From Sphyrna mokarran (Eukaryota): 64,000 bases of DNA. The translations under genes were made by a program, and so were the position numbers. Shown here piece by piece: positions 51,886-61,769 of this stretch. Location: NCBI GenBank assembly GCA_024679065.1, contig JAGIQG010000009.1, forward strand, positions 86,614,001-86,678,000, written 5' to 3'. Each line of letters opens with the position of its first letter. Position 1 is the first letter of the stretch. The notes under the pieces were generated by a model that worked only from the letters and a program-made list of their open reading frames with translations, was not told the origin of the DNA and did not search any database.

Positions 51886-52494
51886 AGTGGGAAAAATCAC
51901 AAGGATGACTACATGACATGTAAAAATGTTACCTGGGAGAGAGACATTAAGCAGGCACTGACTTTTAGCACAGACAGCTACTTGAAACTAAGAACATGTA
52001 GGACAGACAGTTATTTAAAGTTAAACATGCAAGAATCAGATACTGCAGGAAGCCAGTAGAGAACTTGAGGCACTTCTAAGATAAGGATAGACCAAGGACA
52101 ATAAGGAGATTAGCCATAAATGGGAACGGAAATACATAAATGCAGGAAAACCAATTACTGTATGTATAGACGGAATTAAGTTATTAATAGTCACTGATAG
52201 AGGAAACATATCCATTCTATGAAACAATGCAATGTTAAATGTCAATGTCTGTATATCTCTGGTTGTAACGATGTGTTGAATATCGATCCTACTCAACTAT
52301 AACCATGTGTTAAATGGCTAATGTCCAGACTATCCATTGTCTGAAAGGTATAAAAATAAACCGCTCCTATTGTATTATTGAGAGAAGGTAGCTGCCCATA
52401 CTGCAGAGTGCCAATGTCTTTTCTCCACAAAGCTTTGTTAAATGGAACTGTTTGTTGCACTCCAAGTCTGACTCCGAAGTGGTAATTTCCCACA
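51886..52494 (+). mobile_element. 3' LTR of ERV remnant 2
   Basis: Follows purine tract aagagagg. Imperfect inverted termini (a)gtgggaaa...tttcccaca. Overlapping TATAAA/AATAAA at ~52349-52360. Confidence 0.65.
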
Positions 52495-54130
52495 GCAGCA
52501 CCAAGATGATTGACCTGCAACCATCATAACCATCTTCCTTCGTGCCAGATATGACTCCAACCAATGGAAGATTTTTCCATTGATGCTATTCCTGGAATGC
52601 TCTCCTGCATTCTTCATTGGCCAGGATTGATCCCCTGGTTGTAATGATAGAGCGGGGAATATGTCAGGTCATGAGATTATAGATTATGATTGTGTACAAT
52701 TCTGAAGCTGCTGATGGCCCACAACACTTCATGGATATCCAGTTTTGAGCTGCTCAAAGTCTATCCCTTTTAGTGAAAGTGCCACACAACCAAATGGAGA
52801 CTTTCCTCAACATGAGGCCAAGACTTCATCTCCACAAGGACTGTATGATCTTAACTTCTACCCATATATCTGTAGCAGGCAGGTTGGCAAGGCTGAGGTC
52901 AGGTATGATTTTCCCTTTTGTTGGGTCACCAGCTGCAGACCCAGTCTATCAGTTATGCTCTTTAGCACCTGCTCAATCTGTGGTGGTACTACCAAGCCAC
53001 TCTTGGTGATGCACATTAAAATCGCCCACCCAGAGTACATTCTGTCCCCTTGCCATGCTCAGTGCTTCCTCCAAGAGAAGGAGAACTGATACATCAGCTA
53101 AAGAGGGGTGGTGTGGTCATCGGTAGGAAGTTTCCTTGCCCATGTTTTTAAATGTATTTGTATTCAAAATTTTAACATTTTTACAAACAACACAAACTCT
53201 AGGAAATTCCCAAAACCTAGTACATTGTAGAGTGATCATTATTCCACTTTTACATACAGAAAAGACCAGCAAATACTCAGACCAATGGCTCACATGCCAA
53301 GGACTCTTACCCCATGCCAAGATTGCAGTACAACAGACTTCACCTATCCCCAGACAAATCAGAGGCCCTGTCATCACTGTAACAAATCACAGCCAGTAAT
53401 AACATCTCATGTAATAGCATTTCGTTAATAGATGCCAGACAAAAAACATACCAGGAACAGAATCTCATAAGAAACAGGATATTGCACACCACCACCACCA
53501 CCACCACCCCCCCCCCCCCCCCCCACCACAAACACCCCAGGGGAGACCAAATCTTCAGAAGGAGTGTAGTCCAGAAGCACCCTAAAGGGAACATCTCAAG
53601 GGAGGGTCATTTACTCCTCCATCTGATCCAGAAAAGCTCAATTACTACTGCCCCAACCTACTCAACCAAACTAAATTAGGGTCAGCAATGTATTAAAATA
53701 GGGGCCAACAGGCTAATGATACTCACATCACTATACATTGAACAAAACAAATTACCCCTATTTCTAGATACTCCAATGACAGAAAGAAAATAACTCATCT
53801 TGACCAGGATACATGTACCAGGTCTGTACCTTCCCTGGAGACAAGCAATGATTCCACATTCTAAAATAACAGAAGTACAAAAAAAAAGTGACAATAATAA
53901 GTTATAATGGGAATTTTCTTCACCCACAATGAGGGCTTGTCAGGCCAGACCAACCACCTCTATACCAAACCACCTACCAGCTACCCTGCTGTAGTATTAC
54001 TCATCTATAAAGGAAGTGAAGTGTACAAAAAAAAAGTACTCTCTCAGCATAAAAGTAAGGATTACAGAGTATGAAAATAGGTAAATACTGCACAACACTT
54101 TTTCCACACAGTACAACAGAATAACATATA

Positions 54131-54424
54131 ATGGCACAGTGGTTAGCACTGCTGTCTCACAGCGCCAGGGATCTAGGTTCAATTCCTGGCTTGGGTCACT
54201 GTCTATGGAGTCTGCATGTTCTCCCTGGGTCTGTGTGGGTTTCCTCCAGGTGCTCCAGTTTCCACGCATAGTCCAAAGATTTGAAGGTTAGGTGGATAAG
54301 TTATGCTAAGGTCTCCTTCAGGGTACCCGAACAGGTGCTGGAGTGTGGCAACCAGGGGATTTTCACAGTAACTTCATAGCAATGTTAATGTAAGCCTACT
54401 TGTAACACTAATAAATAAACTTTA
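54131..54424 (+). mobile_element. tRNA-derived SINE with alternative tail
   Basis: Well-preserved head, core and ...aataaataaacttta tail. Confidence 0.85.
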
Positions 54425-55539
54425 AAATAAACTCTACCGAGGAAATTACCTTCTCAACTGACAAGATTCTCATCTCCACTTTTTCCAATATCTTTAGGAT
54501 GTCTCATAGTTCATCAACATGAGCATCAACAATCTGTTGTGGAGCCGAGACCATTGTCCACAAATTCCCCCAGAATGGTAGCAATCAACTCATCACCAAT
54601 GGCATTGCTGAAGTGTGGACACAATCACCAGTGAAACCGCCACTGCAAACTGAGTCCCTCACTGGCTGTATCCGACTACCTCAATCAAACAAGGAACTCC
54701 CAGACTTAACTTGGCTCCCCACTGCCAAAATTTAACCAGAATCTTCCAAGAACATAGCACAGATTACACACATCAGGATCAAATAATTGTGTGTTGAACG
54801 TCAGGATAAAACAAAGGTTTAAAAAAATGAGTATACCAGCACTCGCAAAAATGCAGCCTCTCGCACATTTACCTCACTTGACTCCACCTCCTTGCCCATA
54901 TTTGAGACTTCTTGGCATCCAGAGTCAATTTGAGGACTCACAAGGTAGAACATAGAACATAGAAAATACAAAAAGTACAACACAAACAGGCCCTTTGGCC
55001 CACAAGTTGCACCGATCATATCTCTACCTACTAGGCTTACCTATAACCCTCAATCCTACTAAGTCCCACGTACTCATACAGAATGAGGTAATCCTTCCTG
55101 ATTACCAATGTGCCACCGCCAGCTCTGCTAGATTTGTCCTGCTGATGGGATAGGACATATCCAGGAATGATCATGATTGTGTGTAGGACTTTGTCTGTAA
55201 GATAGACTCTGTGAACATCAGGCAGTTACTTCACTGTCTATAGGACAAGTCTTCAAATTGTGGCAGTAATCCCCAAATGTCAGGAGGTTTACTAGGTTAT
55301 TTAATATTAACAACATTGCTGTGAGTCTGTGAGCAGGCCAAACTAGATAAGAATGGCAGGCTTCCTTCCCTAAAGGACATTTGTGAACCAGTGGTATTTT
55401 ACTTCAATCGAGAATGGTCCATGATATTTTATCCAGTTTTAAAGAAAATTTACTATTCAAATCTGGATCCCCAGAGTATTGCCCTGGGTCTATGCATTAC
55501 TAGTTCAATGACAATTGCACTGCACTACTGCCTCCCCAT

Positions 55540-56280
55540 TAGAACATAGAACATAGAACATTACAGCACAGAACAGGCCCTTCGGCCTTCGATGTTGTGC
55601 CGACCAAAATAAAAAGCAATGCCCCTCCAAACTAAACCATTCCCTTCTCTTCCATATACTTATCAATTAACCTCTTAAACGCCACCAAACTTGGCGCATC
55701 TACAACAGCTGCAGGCAGGGCATTCCACTCCCTAATCACTCTTTGAGTAAAGAACCTACCTCTGATATCCGTCCTATAACTCATACCCCTTAATTTAAAG
55801 CTGTGTCCCCTCGTGCTAGCTTTCTCCATCCTAGGAAAAAGGCTATCACTGTCCACCCTATCTAAACCTCTAATCATCTTATATGCTTCAATAAGATCCC
55901 CTCTTAGCCGCCTCCTTTCTAACGAAAACAACCTCAAATCCTTCAACCTCTCTTCATAGGACCTGCCCTCCATACCAGGCAACATCCTGGTAAACCTCCT
56001 CTGTACCCTCTCCAATGCCTCCACATCTTTCTTATAATGTGGGGACCAGAACTGCACACAATACTCCAAGTGCGGCCGCACTAGAGTTTTGTACAGTTGC
56101 AACATGATGCTGCGGCTCCTAAATTCAATCCCCCTACCAATAAAAGCTAAGACTCCATATGCCTTCTTAACAACTTTATCCACTTGACTGCCTACTTTCA
56201 GGGATCTATTGACACATACACCAAGATCCTTCTGTTCCTCAACACTATTAAGAGCCCTACCATTAGCCCTATACTCTACA
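55540..56280 (-). mobile_element. Young CR1 3' fragment in MHC intron 2
   Basis: 183-aa ORF nearly identical to 23450..24001. Confidence 0.95.
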
Positions 56281-56772
56281 GTAATGACTTGTAATATACA
56301 TTACAGTAATGACTTGATGGTATTGGTGGCCTGGGGATATGCCAGGCCATTAAGTTACAGATTTTCATCGAGTACAATTCTATAGCTGATGGCCCATAGT
56401 AACTCATGGGTCTTTCCCATTTGGCATGATGGTTGTACTATAAAGCACAGTGGAAGATATCCTTAGCTGAATACCAGTCTTGGTTTCTACAAGGATCGTA
56501 CTATAATCACACCTACCAATACTGTCATCAGATGCATCTGCACATCATGCCCAGATTTCTGAGGCCCTGCACCTTCTTTATAATTGTACATTTCATTTTA
56601 TATTGTTGTTCATTCTCCAAAAATACATCAGCTCACATATTTAGCATTAAATTTAATCTGCTATTTGCCCATCCATTCTATTGGCCGTTGGTCTTTATCC
56701 TTTTGAAGTCTATCCTGAATCTCCTCACTGTTCACAATACTCCCAAGTTTTGCGTCATTTGCAAGCTTTAAA

Positions 56773-58017
56773 ACAGAGAACAAAGAACAAAACAGCACGG
56801 GAAACAGGCCCTTCGGCCCAACGAGCCCGCGCCGCCACCCCGATGTTCCCACCTCTACCCCCGATCCCTGTCCATGTTTATAGATCTATGGATTAAAAAC
56901 GAAATTTGAGACAATTTAGGGAGAATTTGTTTTGCCAATTAGCCTAAGAGCACATCTTTGGGATGTGGGAGGAAACCGGAGCACCCGGAGAAAACCCACG
57001 CAAGCACGGGGAGAATGCGCAAACTCCCACAGACACAGGCCCAAATCCATGTATCTGCACAGCACAGCGATAGTCACTGAGCTGTCATATTGCCCATCAG
57101 ATGGTCCAGGTCAAGCATACACTAACGATGTGAAGCAGTAGGATACTCTCGAAAAAGATCCAAGAGCAACCCTCTCACGACCCATTGCGTGTATGCCCCT
57201 CGTTGGACAACAAGGTGGACCGAAGCACCTGTAGGATAAAAACAAGTACATCAATATCATCATCTATTTACACACTTCCCAGGGACTCCCAAGGCTCATG
57301 ATCCCTATTTTAAATCAGTTTTCTATACCCCTCCATTCCCATTCTGTTCATGTGCCCATCTAAGTATTTCTTAAATAACTCCAGAGTATCTGCCTCCACC
57401 ACTTTACTTGGCAGCGCATTCCATACCCCCACCACCCTCTGTGTGAAAAAACTCCCTCTAGCATCCAAATTATACCTTACCCCCCTCACCCTAAGCCCGT
57501 AACCCCTCATGCTATTTGAGTCCATCCTAGGAAAAAGCTTAACCCTGTTTACTCTATCTATCCTCTTCAAAATCTTGTACACCTCTATCAGATCTCCTCT
57601 AAGTCTACGTCTTTCTAAGGAAAACAGTCCCAATTTGCCTAATCTCTCCTCGTAACTCAGACCTTCCATACCAGGCAGCATCCTGGTAAACCTCCTCTGC
57701 ACTCTCTCCAGAGTCTCCACGTCCTTCCGGTAGTAAGGCGACCAGAACTGGACGCAGTATTCCAAATGAGGTTTAACCAGCGTTTTATACAACTGCAACA
57801 TTAAAGGCCAGCTCTTGTACTCTATACCCCTTCCTATAAAGGCTAGCATACTATATGCTTTCTTCACAACCTTCTCCACTTGCTCTGCCACCTTCAGAGA
57901 CTTGTTCACCTGCACCCCCAGGTCCCTCTGCGTTTCTATACTCTTAATAGGTCTATCCTTTATCATATACCTCCCTTCTACATTCTTTCTCCCGAAATGG
58001 ATCACCTCACATTTATC
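56773..58017 (-). mobile_element. Young long-UTR CR1 3' fragment in MHC intron 2
   Basis: 238-aa ORF 57310..58026, long UTR, (AAAGAAC)n tail; closely similar to 40348-41570. Confidence 0.95.
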
Positions 58018-58669
58018 AAAAAACATTTTCCATTTGCACCCAAGCCTAGGTCATTAACGTATATCAGGAAAATTAATGATCCAAAGACCCAGGATCTCCA
58101 CTGTATTGCACGGTTATCTGAATAAAATCATTTGGGCTGACATGTCAGGATGAGAAACTGATTAAAAAGAAGTATTTCAGATCCTGGGGCTTATATATAC
58201 TGATATAGATCACAATTTTCCACATCCCACTTAGATGTTTCATTTTGGTAGAGACTGCCCGCCATTGACTGGTGGCAGGATCTTCTGTCCCTCCGCTGGT
58301 AAAAGGGTCTCATCATTAGGAAACCCACAGCAGGGATTCATCATCGGTGGGACCAGATGATTCCCGTCCAGTAAGAGCGGCTGAAGAATTCCACTCAGTG
58401 TGCCAAAGCAATACAAAAGATAAACCTTTACAAAATAACTAATTCACACTCAACTGGAGTACTCTGTTCAATTCTGGGCACAAATTATAGGAAAGATATT
58501 AGAGAGGGTGTAGAAAATGTTTACAGAACACTTTTTTCAGTCACATGGAATAATTGGACCTGGGTGTATCTATGTGCATTGATCATTGAAGGTGACAGGA
58601 TAAGTCGCGAGAGCAGATAATAAAACGTAAAGTATTCTGGGCCTTGTTAATAGAAGCATAGAGTACAAG

Positions 58670-58999
58670 AATCTTAGAATTCCTACAGTGCAGAAAGAGG
58701 CCATTCAGCCCATTGAGTCTGCACCGACCACAATCCCACTCAGGCCCTACCCCCATATCCACCCACTAATCTCTCTAACTTATACATCTCAAGACACTAA
58801 GGGCAATTTTAGCATGGCCAATCAACCTAACTCACATATCTTTGGACTGTGGGAGGAAACCGGAGCATCCAGGGGAAAATCATGCAGACACGAGGAGAAT
58901 GAGCAAACTCCACACAGACAGTGACCCAAGCTGGGAATTGAACCTAGGTCTCTGGAGCTGTAAAGCAGCAGTGCTAACCACTGTGCTACCGTGCCACCC
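58670..58999 (-). mobile_element. tRNA-derived SINE with CR1-type tail
   Basis: Reverse-complement match to 34668-34990. Confidence 0.82.
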
Positions 59000-59550
59000 T
59001 ATAAAAATAAGGAGGTTGTGCTTAACTTACACATTAGTTAAACCTCAGCTGCAATATTATGTACAGTTCTGGGTGTCACACGATAGGAACAATGTGAAAA
59101 CAATGGACAGAGTGCAAACGAGGTTTACAAAGAATGGTTCCAGTGATGAGAAACTTCAGTTATGAGAACAGGTTGGACAGGTTGGGACTGTTCATCTGGG
59201 AGAGAGAAAAAAAACTAACAGGAGAGTTGATAGAGCTATTCAAACCATGAGGGGCTGGATAGAGCAGAAAGGGAGAAACCGCTCCCCTTTGTAAAAGGGT
59301 CAAGAAGGAGAGGACACAGACTTAAGGTGATTTTCAAAAGAAGAAAACTATTTCATGCAGCAAGTGGTTGGAGTCTGGAATGTACTGCCTGGAAATGTAG
59401 TTAAAATATGATTCAGCTGAGGTACTTAAGAAGGCATTATCTGAATAAAAACAATGTTCAGGGGTACAGAGGATGGTACTAAGTCATGAGGTTCCTTTAG
59501 AGAGACGGTATGATATGATGGGCCAAATAATCTTCTTCTGCACGCTAACA
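58990..59550 (+). mobile_element. Old decayed CR1 3' fragment (5' part from ~58550, interrupted by a SINE)
   Basis: LVKPQLQYYVQFWV, DRVQTRFTK remnants. Confidence 0.7.
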
Positions 59551-59789
59551 ATTCTATTATTTTGTGAATTAGGCTTGTTCTCCTCACAGAAGAATGAGAG
59601 AAAAGAAAGTTGCGCTTTGATAGAGATGCACAAAACCTAGAAGGAGTCTAGATACATGGAGAAAGTGCTTCCACTGGTGGAAGGATGAAACCAACACCAA
59701 TTTTAAGGCAAAGCAACCAATAGCAAACACAAGGAAAAATCTGGGCCAGCCATGGCTACATTATTGCAGTCTTGTATTTCAATCACAAA

Positions 59790-60130
59790 GTTTTGAATTC
59801 AAGTTCCCTCTAGGGCTTGAGCTCAAAAATCCAGGTTGACACTCCAGCACTGAGTGTGATGCACTGCTGGAGATACCACTTTTGGATGAAATGTTAAACC
59901 AGGCCTCATCTGCCTACTCAAATGGATGTAAAAATCTGATGGCAGTATTTTGAAGTCGAACAGGGGAATTAACCCAAAATTTAACCCTGAATCAACATCT
60001 ATGACAAGATTATCTGTCGTGATCACATTATTGTCTGTGCCAATAATTCCAGCATTTGTTGCCATATTTCCTGCACTTCAAAAGTATTTAATTAACTGTA
60101 AAGTGCTCTGAGACATCTGGTGCTCATGAA
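59790..60130 (+). mobile_element. Old Deu-domain SINE (SacSINE1/AmnSINE1-like)
   Basis: ggatgaaatgttaaaccaggcctcatctgcc...ggatgtaaaaatc...ggcagtattttgaag...caggggaatt resembles the Deu domain as recalled. Confidence 0.6.
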
Positions 60131-60585
60131 CATCTTCATTTATGTGCCAAATCTTTCTTTTTAAAAACTTTGTTACAAAGTGTATAGTTTGAGTCTTCCT
60201 GAGTATATTGGAGGCTAATACAATCAAAGCTTTCAAAAGGAATTAAGATCATTAACTCAACAGAAAAAGCCAATATGACTACGTCAAAATGGTCAGGGAG
60301 TGGGAATTAGCAAAGTTGTTCTTGCTTTGAGCTGATTCTGACACAACAGGCTGAATAACTTCCTTCTCTGTTGCAATCAATCCATGATTGCCACACTTCT
60401 GGTATATAATTAGCCTGTCCACCATACTGGGTGCATGGGTATCTGTTTTATACATATATGACAGATGTGGCTAGGATGGTCCAAGCACTGTACACCTCTG
60501 TACACTTGCAGTAGAACTGTGGTTAGGTAAATATCTGATATCAGTTAAGTAGACAGTTAATGAGATCCAGAATCACTAATCTTAC

Positions 60586-60846
60586 CGGATGTTTGGTTTG
60601 TCCCCTTCATTATTGTCCTCAGATTTTCCTTAGCCATGGCAGACAGTTTATTTCCTTGGTTTGTAAGATATTCCCAGTACTCCCCATCAAAAGAGTCTTC
60701 CATCCACTTCTGCCGGGAGACTGTACGGTGGGTACTACTGTCATAAGCTGTCACTGGCACGCCATTGATCTTACTTACACCAAAATACTCAGGTAACTCA
60801 GCAATGCCAGATGTTGCCACAAACACCGTGGTAATGGAATTACTGT
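60586..60846 (-). CDS. MHC class I-like heavy chain exon 2 (alpha1 domain)
   Basis: Acceptor tgtttttcgtacAG, 261 nt, donor G|GTAAG. DSNSITTVFVATSGIAELPEYFGVSKINGVPVTAYDS...RQKWM...EYWE...NQTSG carries alpha1 motifs (PE, YDS, RQxWM, EYW, N86 glycosylation site NQT). Confidence 0.9.
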
Positions 60847-61174
60847 CTGTACGAAAAACAACAAAAGAGACAAGTTCATTTACATTTATAAACATCACCA
60901 CCGATCAGGTGAAGTTAATTCACAAATCCCAGAAACATAAAAACACAGAGACAAAAGAAGGAAAGGGGGGGAGAGAGAGAGAAAGAAAGCAACAGAGAGA
61001 AATAGATAGAGGAACAGAGCCAGGCGGATCCAGGAAATTAGATACAAAAATCTCTATCAGTTTAATATTGCGACACATATTCGGGTTGGGACACGCGTTG
61101 TTTTCCTAATTTACTGCATTGATCCTGAGCTGTAACAATGACAGAGGGAACGGGAGGCTGAATTCAGCCCTTAC

Positions 61175-61226
61175 CGGAAGAGATGCAGGAAAAACACAAA
61201 GAGATGTAGAAAAGGACCAGCAACAT
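61175..61226 (-). CDS. MHC class I-like heavy chain exon 1 (signal peptide MLLVLFYISLCFSCISS)
   Basis: ATG at 61226, hydrophobic 17-aa leader plus 1 nt, donor G|GTAAG. TATAAA about 40 nt upstream. Confidence 0.85.
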
Positions 61227-61262
61227 TCTGGAAATCCCTGTTCCAAGGAATAACAACTGCTG

Positions 61263-61458
61263 TTTATAGACCGAAAACGTTGATCAAGACTCCGTTATCA
61301 TCCAACGTGGCGTGTGATCATTTCCTGAATGCAATCCGCAGAGCCGGAATGATTGGTTAGTCCCGAAAAAAAATACCCAATTAAAAGTCTAACTAGTCGT
61401 CTGTCACCAGTTACCAGGGAGATTAAACTCAGTCAGAATGAGATTGAAACAAGAAACT
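61263..61458 (-). promoter_or_regulatory. MHC class I proximal promoter: ISRE, X1/X2, Y box, CCAAT, TATA
   Basis: Sense-strand order: AGTTTCTTGTTTC (61458-61446), CCTGGTAACTGGTGAC (61418-61403), ATTGG (61381-61377), CCAAT (61356-61352), TATAAA (61268-61263), ATG (61226). Confidence 0.75.
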
Positions 61459-61769
61459 CGAATGACAGTGAAAAGGCCTCGCCTAATAACTGCCCAATGT
61501 AAACAGAGAGACTGGGATCACAATAAAAACATTGTTCTGAATTTCAGTCTTTCTTCATAGGACAGTGCCGCCACCCTGAAAACAAGAATGTTGAATTCCC
61601 TCTATAGCAATAACATCCTTAAAGTCCAACAGGTTTATTTATAAATCAAATAAACCGGTTGGACCTTAACTTGATGTTGTGAGACTTCTTACTGTGTTTA
61701 CCCCAGTCCAACGCCAGCATCTCCACATCAATAACAGAGGGAATATTGATGAGACTGAGAACAACGAGG

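Larger units (their letters stand above)
49560..53135 (-). mobile_element. Decayed second-family LINE interrupted by a solo LTR, a CR1 tail and an ERV remnant
   Basis: Homologous by eye to 12175-15790: shared 3' end and the LGLQLVTQQKGKSYL APE region. Confidence 0.7.

Noticed and set aside
61590-61603. NF-kB enhancer A candidate (GGGAATTC on the minus strand)
   Set aside because: Poor consensus match, and it lies in a short CR1-like fragment.
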